Shown piece by piece: positions 17,480-27,118 of a stretch of 64,000 nt of DNA. The notes beneath the pieces are model-generated. The model did not search any database. It saw nothing but the letters and a program-made list of their open reading frames with translations, and was not told the DNA's origin. The stretch's first letter is position 1, and each line of letters starts with the position of its first letter. The position numbers were made by a program, and so were the translations under genes. This DNA is from Candidatus Aminicenantes bacterium (GTDB taxonomy: Bacteria > Acidobacteriota > Aminicenantia > Aminicenantales > JAFGBC01), in assembly GCA_963702005.1 (NCBI GenBank), contig OY969696.1, forward strand, positions 3,296,001 to 3,360,000. The letters are read 5' to 3'.

Positions 17480-18222
17480 CCCAGCTCATACATCTGCTTT
17501 GCTATGAGGGACACGAGCTTGATGCAGTCCTCGGCGTCCTTCTTATTCACAACGTTCTCCTTCGGCGGGTTCTCAGTGAGATTATAATCTCCACGATGAG
17601 CAATTGCGTGACGACGCTCGGTGAACCGGTTGAGGTCCTCTCGCAACTTGTCTTCATTCAACTGAGCCTTGACTGCCACCTCATGGAAAACGTCATCGTA
17701 ACCCACGATGCTGAGCTGCTCCTCGATGTTCTTGGTACCCTGGAATGAGCGCCGCTCAAAATCGCCACGAAACGCCTTCTCGACTCTCTCGAGGAGGTCG
17801 TCTTTCCGGGCAGCATCGATGAGGACATCGTCCTTAAGAAACTTCTTGATCTCCGCGGATAGGGCTGCAGGCAGGGCGACCGCCTTCGAAGCAAGCAGGG
17901 TTCTTGTTCGAGCGATGACAAAATCCCGGACGAACGCGTCGAGCGCGGAGATGGCAAGGACAATCGCTGCCCGGTGGGCGTCGGAGGTGTACTTCTCAGG
18001 CTTGCCGGCTTTACCGTGGACAGCTTCATGGAGCTTGACGAGGTTCCTAGCTCTCTGAATGCAGAGATCAAAGATGTTATACGAATTGAGTGCCCTCTCT
18101 ACCGACGGCGTGGGCGCGAGCATAGCTTTCGTCTCGGTGGCCTTCGGGCCTCCGGACTTCCCGAGGCCCTTGCCTTTCGCTTCGCGCGTCCTGTTCAACG
18201 GAGACGTCACTTCTTCCGCCAC
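17467..18222 (-). CDS. HEPN-domain putative RNase (RiboL-PSP/Apea-like); start uncertain
   Basis: RAAIVLAISALDAFVRD helix, SFQ motif, RHAIAH (R-x4-H) catalytic motif. Confidence 0.8.
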   Translation of the reverse strand: MAEEVTSPLNRTREAKGKGLGKSGGPKATETKAMLAPTPSVERALNSYNIFDLCIQRARNLVKLHEAVHGKAGKPEKYTSDAHRAAIVLAISALDAFVRDFVIARTRTLLASKAVALPAALSAEIKKFLKDDVLIDAARKDDLLERVEKAFRGDFERRSFQGTKNIEEQLSIVGYDDVFHEVAVKAQLNEDKLREDLNRFTERRHAIAHRGDYNLTENPPKENVVNKKDAEDCIKLVSLIAKQMYELGCRA

Positions 18223-18250
18223 CTAACAATGTTTATATCGATCCAGATAA
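18221..18250 (-). other. attI-like site heading the cassette array
   Basis: Minus strand ...GATCGATATAAACATTGTTAGGT; core site with no attC palindrome upstream; 15/16 identical to the site at 15778-15793. Confidence 0.6.
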
Positions 18251-18422
18251 TACCCCAGACATGGTATCGATTGCCATATAAGATGCCTTCGGAAAAGGCC
18301 GCGGTTCGTGTCCAAAGTGAATATCATCTTATCCGGCCCTTTCGAGGAAAGGGTAATACCGGCGCGACGGAAAGTCAACATATTGTAGATGCCGGCGAAT
18401 TTGTTATAATGAGGCGCCGCAA

Positions 18423-20360
18423 ATGATATCTTTCAAAACCGCTTTAAAAAAAAAGATTTACGAAAAGCTCAAGACTGCTTATCCGCTCGCACTCTCAGAC
18501 ATCGATCTCAATCCCGCGCCGCAGCAGAAGCTGGGCGATTACGCCATGGCCTTCCCCTTCGCGCTGGCCAAACAGCTCAAGCAGCCGCCCCGCAAGATCG
18601 CCGAAGCCATCGCTCCCCTCCTCTCTGGTCTCGAAGGCGTCGCCAAAGTCGAAGTCGCCGGCGGCGGCTACGTCAATCTGTTCCTAGATCGGGTTGCCTT
18701 TTTTTCAGGGGCCAGGCGCACAATCGTCAGCTCCGGCCTCTCGCCCCAAGAGCGAAAGATCATAGTCGAGCACACCAACATTAATCCCAACAAGGCCGCC
18801 CACATCGGCCATCTCAGAAATGCCTGCCTGGGCGATACCCTGGTCCGATGCTTGAAATATTCGGGCGAAACCGTCGAAACCCAGAATTACATCGACGACA
18901 CCGGCGTCCAGGTCGTGGATGTCGTCTTCGGATTCATGGAGCTCGAGAAGAAATCCCTGGCCGCGGTCGAGGCCCTCTCCGGGAAATTCGACTTCTACTG
19001 CTGGGACCTCTATGCCCGGACGGCGGCGTACCTGGCCGAGCATACGGAGGCCCAGCCCCGCAAGACCGCGATCCTCAAGAGAATCGAGCACGGCGAGGGC
19101 GAGGAAGGGTCCATGGCCCGCCACGTCTCGCGGCGGATAATCCAGGCGCACCTCGCCACCATGAAGCGCCTCGACATCAGCTACGACGTCCTACCCTGCG
19201 AAAGCAGCATCCTCGGCCTCGAGTTTTGGGAAAAAGCCTTCACGACCTTGAAACAGCGGCAGGCCATCTACTTCTCGGCCGAGGGAGAAACAAAAGGCTG
19301 CTGGGTTATGAAGCTCGAGGACGAGACCGACAAGGAAAAGATCATCGTCCGCTCGGACGGGACCGTGACCTACGTCGGCAAAGACATCGCTTACCAGCTT
19401 TGGAAGTTCGGGCTCCTCGAACGGGACTTCCACTACGAGCCGTTCCAAAAGGATAACGGCCATACGCTTTGGATCACGACGACCGTTCCGCATCCGGGGG
19501 AGCCCTCGTTCGGCGCCGCCTCCAAGGTCTATAATGTCATCGACACCCGGCAGTCCTACCTCCAGAAGGTCGTCTACCAGGGGCTGCGCTCCCTCCACTT
19601 CGACGAGCAGGCCGCGAAATCCGTCCATTTCTCCTACGAGATGGTCGCCCTCTCCCCCAAGAGCCTCAAGGAGCTGGGGATGGAGCTCGCGGCCGAGGAC
19701 AAAGACAAGACCTTTCTCGAGGTTTCGGGTCGGAAGGGGTTGGGCGTCAAGGCCGACGACCTCCTGGACCGGCTCGAAGGGAAGGCCCGGGCCGAGGTCG
19801 AGAAGCGGAATCCCGACCTCCCGGTCGACGAAAAAACGGCCATCTCCCGCCATATCGCCTGCGGGGCGCTCCGCTACTTCATGATCAAGTTCGCCCGGAA
19901 CTCGCTCATCATCTTCGATTTCGAGGAAGCGCTGAGCTTCGAGGGCGAGACCGGCCCTTACCTCCAGTACACGCTCGTTCGCCTCAACAGCATCTTCCGT
20001 AAGCTCGAGGAGCGGGAGGGGATCAAGGCTGACGATGTCGGCGGGCGGGGTCTATTAGCGCCCGCGTCCCTTGCGGCGCTCTCCGAAACTGAGGCGGGCG
20101 ATTTCTGGGATCTCGTGTTCTACGCCTCGCAATTCGACGAGGAAGTCCTCCGCTCCATCCAATCGCTCGAGTTCTCGCACCTGGCCAAGTTCACCTTCAA
20201 CCTCTGCCAAAAGCTCAACGCCTACTACCATGTCTACCCCGTACTAAACGAGGAAAACAAGGAGCTTAAGGATATCCGCCTCCTGACGATCCACTATATC
20301 CGGGAGACGCTGAGGAAGGCCCTGGATCTTATGGGCATCCCGGCGCCGACGAAGATGTGA
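18423..20360 (+). CDS. argS: Arginyl-tRNA synthetase
   Basis: VEHTNINPNKAAHIGHLRN (HIGH), SGRKG, FEGETGPYLQY, LMGIPAPTKM; TGTTATAAT extended -10 upstream. Confidence 0.96.
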   Translation: MISFKTALKKKIYEKLKTAYPLALSDIDLNPAPQQKLGDYAMAFPFALAKQLKQPPRKIAEAIAPLLSGLEGVAKVEVAGGGYVNLFLDRVAFFSGARRTIVSSGLSPQERKIIVEHTNINPNKAAHIGHLRNACLGDTLVRCLKYSGETVETQNYIDDTGVQVVDVVFGFMELEKKSLAAVEALSGKFDFYCWDLYARTAAYLAEHTEAQPRKTAILKRIEHGEGEEGSMARHVSRRIIQAHLATMKRLDISYDVLPCESSILGLEFWEKAFTTLKQRQAIYFSAEGETKGCWVMKLEDETDKEKIIVRSDGTVTYVGKDIAYQLWKFGLLERDFHYEPFQKDNGHTLWITTTVPHPGEPSFGAASKVYNVIDTRQSYLQKVVYQGLRSLHFDEQAAKSVHFSYEMVALSPKSLKELGMELAAEDKDKTFLEVSGRKGLGVKADDLLDRLEGKARAEVEKRNPDLPVDEKTAISRHIACGALRYFMIKFARNSLIIFDFEEALSFEGETGPYLQYTLVRLNSIFRKLEEREGIKADDVGGRGLLAPASLAALSETEAGDFWDLVFYASQFDEEVLRSIQSLEFSHLAKFTFNLCQKLNAYYHVYPVLNEENKELKDIRLLTIHYIRETLRKALDLMGIPAPTKM

Positions 20361-20455
20361 ATTCTGGGGACACGCACCAGAATTCAAGAGAATTCTAGAG
20401 CATGTCCCCAGAATTCGAATATGTCCCCGGAAATCGAACATGTCCCCGGAATTCG
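20359..20455. repeat. REP-like inverted/tandem repeat cluster (GAATTCYGGGGACA family)
   Basis: GAATTCTGGGGACA...TGTCCCCAGAATTC plus two further TGTCCCCGGAAwTC copies at a 19-bp period. Confidence 0.8.
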
Positions 20456-20459
20456 ACGA

Positions 20460-21865
20460 TTACTTCTTATACTCGTAGGCGCCGATATCCGGGTTGGTGC
20501 GCGTGGCGCCCGTGATATCGTAGGACACCGTGTAGGCGTCGATGGCCTTGTCGATCAGCGGAGATCCCGCCGTTAAGGCGTAGGAGCCGGACTTAAACAG
20601 TGGCGCCACGGCCAGGTTGCCCCCAGGTCGACATACGTGCCGAAAATCGTCCCCTGGGTGTTGCCGAAAGTATCGTTTCCGCCTAACCTGGCGTGTTTGC
20701 TGGACTCATCCAGGGAAATGCCGCAGCTAGCGTTCGAGCAGAAGATGTTATTGGCGACCAGGCTCCGGTCTCCCCCCGACGTATCGTTTCCCTGCAGCGT
20801 CAATCCGTGCCACCCCCCGTGCGAGACGGTGTTGAAGGCGATCGTGTTCACGCCGCCCCCCGAAGAGATGCTGGTTGTTGTATTATTCGCCAAAAGATTA
20901 TTGATGACGGTATTTCGGGTCGATTCGAGAATCAGGGCATTTTCATTGGCGATAAATCGGTTGGAATCTATCGTGGACTTCTCGACGCCTTGGAGGCTCG
21001 CATAACCGACAAGTCCCCGGATGTTGGACTGAAAGGTATTCGCGCGGATCGTGCACTTGTCGGTTCCGCCATAGCGCGCCCACTGGGATATCCCCCACAT
21101 GTTATTTTTAAATGTGTTATTCTGAATCAGGGAGGCTGAGATGCGGATATTCCCCGCCGGAGCGGCATAGATATTAATACCGACCTTATTGCCGCTGAAG
21201 GTGTTTTTTTCCACGGTGCACGAGGCGACGGACACATAATCAATTCCGGATCCGCCGGGGACCGAAAACAGGCATCCGGTCACCGTTTCAGGCGCTCCCG
21301 CCCCGGCCCCCGAAAGACCGATCGGCGTCGTCGCCTTGAAGAAGGATTTCTTAATAATCGGACGGCCTTTGCGGACTATGAGTGAGGAGACGACTGCCTC
21401 CCCTTTGAACTCGACGTTGTCAAAGGTGGGGCTGCCGCTGACGATATCGACTTGGTAGCTGCCGCCGTTGAGGAAGGTCATCGATTTGACAGCCGTGTTC
21501 GTGGGCGTCGAGGCCTTGACGTCAATCCTCAGAGACACAACCGTATTGAGGCATTTCAGAATCGTCTTGCCCCTGCCGGCCCCGACGATGATCAGCGGGT
21601 GATCGACATTGATCCCCGTATAGAGCCCTCCGGGCGAAATGTTGAAGTTTCCGGAAGCCAGCCTGATCGTATCGCCCGCGGCCGACCTGGACTCGACCAG
21701 GGTCCTGAGATCGCCGGGGTCCGCGGCGCTCGTCCCCGAGCCCGTCGCGCCCGGCGCGGCATACCAGGTCGCGGCCTCGACCCGAACGGCACCGGCGGCT
21801 AGCAAGATTGCCGCCAGAAACAGAATAACAGTGGATGAAAATATACTCCCTGAATATCTCCTCAT
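20460..21865 (-). pseudogene. Secreted right-handed beta-helix (NosD/pectin-lyase-like) protein, frameshifted at G5 (20620-20624)
   Basis: Signal peptide, ATWYAAPGATGSGT, N-rich coils. Adding one G gives ...DLGGNLAVAPLFKSGSYALTAGSPLIDKA...NPDIGAYEYKK* ending at 20460. Confidence 0.8.
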
Positions 21866-22042
21866 AGCTCCTCCTCTCTCAATAGCTTTTCTGGCTCAAT
21901 TCGCGGCCATGCTATCACACTGAAGACCGCACCGTCAACGTTCCACTAAAACCCCCCAACTATGTTTATTTCTATCATAATCAATAAGATAGACGCTTTT
22001 CGGGGCAGGGGCCGCTTCTGTGCTTTCGACACCGTTCAAATC

Positions 22043-22085
22043 GGTGACAGACACCAAATTCCAGAGAATTTGGGAGTCAGTCATC
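22043..22085. repeat. REP-like hairpin (GGTGACAGACACCAAATT...AATTTGGGAGTCAGTCATC)
   Basis: Imperfect inverted repeat read directly. Confidence 0.55.
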
Positions 22086-22196
22086 GAGTCTCGGCTGCAA
22101 CGCCCGTAAGGTTTCGAGAGTTAACAATTTCTTGGGCAAGGCTTTGTCTGGAGGCCCGAGTTTGGCTATAATAGCCACTGTTTTACGCAATGAAGA

Positions 22197-22304
22197 GAAT
22201 TCAGGGGACACGCGCCAGAATTCGGACACCGAAGAATTCCGGGGACACGATACCGAATCAAGAGATTCGGTTCATGTCCCCGGAATTCGGCAATCCCCCT
22301 GAAT
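22197..22304. repeat. Nested REP-like inverted repeats (GAATTCnGGGGACA family)
   Basis: GAATTCAGGGGACA, GAATTCCGGGGACA...TGTCCCCGGAATTC, TCCCCCTGAAT. Confidence 0.8.
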
Positions 22305-22325
22305 AACCATGAAAGGAGGTTTTGG

Positions 22326-23252
22326 ATGATTGAAGTGGCAGGACTCACCAAGAAATACGGTGACCTGCTGGCCGTTAAGGACCTGAACTTCAAGGTCGAC
22401 AAAGGCAAGATCTGGGGTCTCCTGGGTCCCAACGCGGCCGGCAAAACGACGACGATGCGGATTCTGACCGGGTTCCTCCCCGCCACGGACGGTAAAGCCG
22501 TCGTCGCGGGCTACGACGTCTTCGAGCAACCCAACGAAGTCAAGCGGATCACCGGATATCTCCCCGAAGTCGTCCCCCTCTACCCCGAGATGACGGTCGC
22601 CGACTATCTGAAGTTCGTGGCCGAGATCAAGCAGGTTCCCGCATCGAAGAAGAAAGCGGCCATGGACAGGGCCGTCGAGGCCACCGAGCTCAAGGATGTC
22701 CGAGGACGCCTGATCAAGAACATCTCGAGAGGCTTCAAGCAGAGGGTTGGGATCGCCCAGGCCCTTATCAACGACCCCCAGGTCCTGATCCTGGACGAGC
22801 CCACGATCGGCCTCGATCCGGCCCAGATCATCGAGATCCGCAAGCTTATCAAGTCCCTCAAGGGCGAGCACACCATCATGCTCTCGACCCACATCCTGGC
22901 CGAGGTCACCCAGACCTGCGACGGAGCGACGATTATCAACGAGGGGAAGCTCATGGCCTCGGGGACGCTCGACGAGATCGCCGCTTCGGTCAAGGTCCGC
23001 GAGGGCGTCGTCCTCAAGCTCCGCAAGGGAGGCGAGGAAGCGGCATCCCTAATGCGCAAGGTCGCCGGCGTCGATAAGGTCGGACGCTCCGACAAGGAAT
23101 ACACCATCGAGTGGTCCATGGGGCAAGACCCGCGCGAGGGCCTGGTCCGGCTGGCCGTCGACAAAGGCTGGGGCCTCATCGAGATGCGCTCCCTGGCCAT
23201 GAACATCGAGGACCTCTACCTCAAGATCGTCTCGGGAGGGACGGCCCAATGA
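22326..23252 (+). CDS. ABC transporter ATP-binding protein (GldA-like)
   Basis: GPNAAGKTT, ISRGFKQRVG, LILDEPT. Confidence 0.93.
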   Translation: MIEVAGLTKKYGDLLAVKDLNFKVDKGKIWGLLGPNAAGKTTTMRILTGFLPATDGKAVVAGYDVFEQPNEVKRITGYLPEVVPLYPEMTVADYLKFVAEIKQVPASKKKAAMDRAVEATELKDVRGRLIKNISRGFKQRVGIAQALINDPQVLILDEPTIGLDPAQIIEIRKLIKSLKGEHTIMLSTHILAEVTQTCDGATIINEGKLMASGTLDEIAASVKVREGVVLKLRKGGEEAASLMRKVAGVDKVGRSDKEYTIEWSMGQDPREGLVRLAVDKGWGLIEMRSLAMNIEDLYLKIVSGGTAQ

Positions 23253-24016
23253 ACAGCATCTGGACGATCGCCAAGAAAGAGATCAAGACTTACTTCAGCT
23301 CCCCGATCGCCTACGCCGTCATCTTCGTCTTCTCGGCCCTGGTCGGGTTCTTCTTCTACAGCATCATGTGGTGGTTCAACTCCCAGGCCATGCAGATGGC
23401 CCAGAACCCCACCTACTACCAGCAGCTCAACATCAACCAGATGGTCTACTCGCCGCTGTTCGGGAACATGAGCATCATCCTGCTCTTGATGCTCCCGCTC
23501 CTGACCATGCGGCTGTTCTCGGAGGAAAAGAGGAGCGGGACCGAAGAGCTCCTTTACACCTCGCCCTTGAGCGTCTGGCAGATCATCCTGGGCAAGTACC
23601 TGGCCTCGCTCATCGTCCTGCTGACCATGCTCGGGTTGACCGGGATCCTGTCCATCTTCACCTTCGCCTACGGGAACCCCGAGCTCCTCCCGCTCCTGTC
23701 CGGCTACCTGGGCCTGTTCCTGATGGGGGCGGCCTTCATCGCGGTCGGGATCTTCTTCTCGTCGCTGACCGAGAACCAGATCGTCTCGGCCATCCTGACC
23801 TTCGGCGCCCTCCTCCTGTTCTGGGTGCTCAACTGGGCCTCGTCCTCCGCGGGCGGGGTCGGCAAGAGCGTCCTCGACTACCTGTCCATCTTCCAACACT
23901 TCGACGACTTCACCAAGGGGATCGTGGACACGACCCACCTCGTCTACTACGTGAGCTTCGCCTTCCTGGGTCTGTTCCTGACCCACTCCGTCATCCAATC
24001 CCGCCGCTGGAGGTAA
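23249..24016 (+). CDS. ABC-2 permease (GldF-like)
   Basis: AKKEIKTYFSSPIAY, LTMRLFSEEKRSGTEELLYT; ATGA overlap. Confidence 0.92.
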   Translation: MNSIWTIAKKEIKTYFSSPIAYAVIFVFSALVGFFFYSIMWWFNSQAMQMAQNPTYYQQLNINQMVYSPLFGNMSIILLLMLPLLTMRLFSEEKRSGTEELLYTSPLSVWQIILGKYLASLIVLLTMLGLTGILSIFTFAYGNPELLPLLSGYLGLFLMGAAFIAVGIFFSSLTENQIVSAILTFGALLLFWVLNWASSSAGGVGKSVLDYLSIFQHFDDFTKGIVDTTHLVYYVSFAFLGLFLTHSVIQSRRWR

Positions 24017-24019
24017 GCC

Positions 24020-25678
24020 GTGGACAAGATCAAGAACAACCTCAATTCGATCGGGCTGACGCTCATCCTGGCGGCCGTCGTCGCCATCAAGATCTGGCCC
24101 TATAAAAAGATCATCCCCGTCGTCCTGGCCGTCCTGGGGATCGCGGCCCTGGGCGTCTACATCGCCCTGAACCTGTCCTCGCTCAAGAAGGGCTTCAAGC
24201 GGAAATCCTTCCTGTACTCCTCGAACCTGGCGCTGGTCATCATCCTGGTGCTGGCCATCGTCGTCCTCTTCAACGTCATCCTGGCCCGCAACCACCACCG
24301 CTTCGACTTCACCCAGGCCAAGCTCCATTCGCTGTCCGACCAGTCGGTGACCGTCCTCAAGGCCCTCAAGAATGACATTATGGTCCGCTGCTTCTTCCGG
24401 GAGGGAAACTACGGCCGGGCGGCCATGGAGAACGTCCTCAAGAACTATGCCTACCATTCGAACAAGATCAAATACGAATTCATCGATCCCGACAAGAACC
24501 CGGGCCTGGTCAAGCGCTACGACGTGACCCAGGACGGGACGTCGATCTTCGAGGCCGGCGATAAAGAGAATCGGATCACGACGACGACCGAGGAGGACGC
24601 CACCAACGCCCTGATCAAGGTCACCCGGGAACGGAAGAAGACGATCTACTTCCTGGAGGGGCACGGCGAACACCCGATCGATGGCAGCGACGAGATCGGC
24701 TATTCGAACGCCAAGGGCGAGCTCGAGAAGCTCGGTTACGAGGTCAAAAAGCTGGCCTTGGCTCTGGCCGACAACTTCCCCAAGGACTGCGCCCTGCTCG
24801 TCATCCCCGGCCCCTCGAAGGACCTCCTCCCCAACGAGATGGAGACGATCAAGAACTATCTCGAGACGGGCGGCCGGGTCTTCTTTATGAGCGACCCCGA
24901 GACAGCGACCGGCCTCATCCCCTACCTCCGCCAGTTCGGAGTCAAACTCGAAAACGACCTCGTCGTCGACACCGTGTCGCGCCTTCTGGGCGGCGACTAC
25001 TTCATGCCGGTCGTGACCGAATACGACTACCACGAGATCACCAAGAATTTCCGCTACGCGACCTTCTTTCCGTTCGCCCGCTCGGTGGACGCCATGACCG
25101 AGGGTAAGCCCGAAAGCGTGACGCTCACGGTCATCGCCAAAACCAGCCCCAACGCCTGGTCCGAGCGCGAGCTCGACAAGAAGGAAGTCACCTTCGATAA
25201 GGATAAAGATAAGCAGGGACCCATCCCGCTCGCCGTCGTGGGCACGGTCAAGAACAAGGCCGAGGAGAAGAAGGCCGAGGAGCCCGAAAAGAAAGAAGAA
25301 GCAGCCGGAACGAAGACCGAATCCAAGACCGAAGTCAAACCCGCCGCAACAAAAGAGGAAAAGGCCGCGGCCGCGCCCAAGCCCGAAGAACCCGCCGCGC
25401 CCAAGGGCGACGGACGGCTGGCCGTCTTCGGCGATTCCGATTTCGCCTCGAACCGCTACTACGGCATGTCCGGCAACGGAAACTTCTTCCTGAACACCGT
25501 CAACTGGCTGACCGAGGAATCCGACCTCATCTCGATCCAGCCCAAGACCCAGAACCCGCGGACGATCGAGCTCAGCCCGTCCCAGGGCCGGCTCCTGTTC
25601 TTCGTGTCCGTCGTCCTCATTCCGCTCCTCGTCCTCGTCCTGGGCGTTTCGATCTGGATCAGGAGGCGAACGCTATGA
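24020..25678 (+). CDS. GldG-like ABC auxiliary component
   Basis: RFDFT, IYFLEGHGE, FGDSDF, GNGNFFLNTVNWL, C-terminal TM + IRRR. Confidence 0.9.
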   Translation: MDKIKNNLNSIGLTLILAAVVAIKIWPYKKIIPVVLAVLGIAALGVYIALNLSSLKKGFKRKSFLYSSNLALVIILVLAIVVLFNVILARNHHRFDFTQAKLHSLSDQSVTVLKALKNDIMVRCFFREGNYGRAAMENVLKNYAYHSNKIKYEFIDPDKNPGLVKRYDVTQDGTSIFEAGDKENRITTTTEEDATNALIKVTRERKKTIYFLEGHGEHPIDGSDEIGYSNAKGELEKLGYEVKKLALALADNFPKDCALLVIPGPSKDLLPNEMETIKNYLETGGRVFFMSDPETATGLIPYLRQFGVKLENDLVVDTVSRLLGGDYFMPVVTEYDYHEITKNFRYATFFPFARSVDAMTEGKPESVTLTVIAKTSPNAWSERELDKKEVTFDKDKDKQGPIPLAVVGTVKNKAEEKKAEEPEKKEEAAGTKTESKTEVKPAATKEEKAAAAPKPEEPAAPKGDGRLAVFGDSDFASNRYYGMSGNGNFFLNTVNWLTEESDLISIQPKTQNPRTIELSPSQGRLLFFVSVVLIPLLVLVLGVSIWIRRRTL

Positions 25679-27060
25679 AGTCCCGGACTCTGCTCATCCT
25701 GTCCGCGATCGTCCTCGTCCTCGTCGCCTACGTCTATTTCTTCGAGTTCAAGGGCAAGGCCGCCCGCCAGGAGGCCAAGGAGAAAGCCGCCAAGCTCATC
25801 GACGTCTCCATCGACGACGTCCAGGCCGTGACCTTTAAGAAGCCGGACGGGACGATCGCTTTCAAGAAAGACGACAAGGGGACCTGGTCCCTGACCCAGC
25901 CGTTCGCGGCGAACGCCGACGAGTCCGAGGTCCCGAACTTCGTCGACAGCTTCGCCGGCCTCACCCCCGACCGCACGGTCGAGGAAACGGCCAAGGACCT
26001 CAAGCCCTACGAAATCCCCAAGCTGGAGATCACGCTCGAGCTCAAGGGCGGCAAGCCCCCCGTCAAACTCCTCGTCGGCATGGAGAATCCCCTCGACAAG
26101 AGCTTCTTCGCCAAGAGGGATGACCAGGCCAAGGTCGTCCTTCTCAGCAGCTCCCTCAAGAGCTACCTGGACAAGACCGTTTTCGACTTCCGCCAGAAGG
26201 ACGTCTTCAAGTTCGAGCCGGACAAGGTCAAAGCCGTCGCGCTCAAGGCCAAGGACGTCGCCTGGCAGGCGGAGATGAAGGACGCCGACTGGTTCCTGTC
26301 CAAGCCCTTCGCGGTCATGGCCAAGAAGACGTCGGTCGAGAGCGTCCTGAATTCCCTCTCCGAGCTCAAGGCCAAGGCGTTCGTCTCCGAGGACAAGAAG
26401 CCCGACGAGGTCCAGAAGTTCAAGCTCGACAAGCCCGACTACGAAGTCCGCCTCCGGATGCCGGCCTCCAACCAAGAAGTCGCCTTTGCCCTCCACAAGC
26501 TCGAAGACAAGATTTACGCGACGACCTCGGCCTCGACCAAGATCGTCGAGGTCGAAGGCGCCGTCCTGACCGACCTCGAGAAGAAGCCCGACGATCTCCA
26601 GGAGAAGCAGGTCGCCGTCTTCAACTCCTGGGAGGCATCGAAGCTCGTCCTCAAGAAAGGCGGCGTCGCGCTCACGGTCGCCAAGGACAAGGACGAGAAG
26701 TGGCAGTTCGAAGCGCCCTTCAAGGGCCAGGCCGACGGCGACAAGGTCGAGACCCTCATCCGCAAAATCGAGAGCCTCGAGGCGGCCGGCTTCGTCATCC
26801 CGCCCGTGGTCCTCAAGGACGACGGGCTGGCTTCCCCCCAGGCCGACGTCGCCGTTACCGTCAAAGAGAACGAAGCCGATGGAAAGGTCAAGGAGAAAGA
26901 GGTCCGGATCCTGGTCGGACGGGAGGACGCCGAGAAGAAGCAGGTTGTCGTCAAGAACGCCCGCCTCGACTACCTGTTCTGGGTGGACTCGGAATTTCTG
27001 AAAGAGTTCCCGGCCAAGGTTGAGGACTGGAAGCCCGCCCCGCCCGAGGTCAAGAAATAA
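25675..27060 (+). CDS. DUF4340 domain protein
   Basis: N-terminal TM, repeated W-x-L/F-x-x-P units, typical last gene of Gld-like operons. Confidence 0.8.
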   Translation: MKSRTLLILSAIVLVLVAYVYFFEFKGKAARQEAKEKAAKLIDVSIDDVQAVTFKKPDGTIAFKKDDKGTWSLTQPFAANADESEVPNFVDSFAGLTPDRTVEETAKDLKPYEIPKLEITLELKGGKPPVKLLVGMENPLDKSFFAKRDDQAKVVLLSSSLKSYLDKTVFDFRQKDVFKFEPDKVKAVALKAKDVAWQAEMKDADWFLSKPFAVMAKKTSVESVLNSLSELKAKAFVSEDKKPDEVQKFKLDKPDYEVRLRMPASNQEVAFALHKLEDKIYATTSASTKIVEVEGAVLTDLEKKPDDLQEKQVAVFNSWEASKLVLKKGGVALTVAKDKDEKWQFEAPFKGQADGDKVETLIRKIESLEAAGFVIPPVVLKDDGLASPQADVAVTVKENEADGKVKEKEVRILVGREDAEKKQVVVKNARLDYLFWVDSEFLKEFPAKVEDWKPAPPEVKK

Positions 27061-27087
27061 TTCGGGGGACACACGACTTAATTCCCC
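27058..27087. repeat. Partial REP-like copy (AATTCGGGGGACAC...AATTCCCC)
   Basis: Same core as the 20.4 kb and 22.2 kb clusters. Confidence 0.5.
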
Positions 27088-27118
27088 ATTTCGGACTGGC
27101 GCGGCACGAGTCGGATCG

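Noticed and set aside
20359-20455. Possible mini-CRISPR array (short direct repeats; Cas2-like gene 3 kb away)
   Set aside because: The period is only 19 bp, there are no unique spacers, inverted copies are present, and there is no cas1. This fits REP-like DNA.
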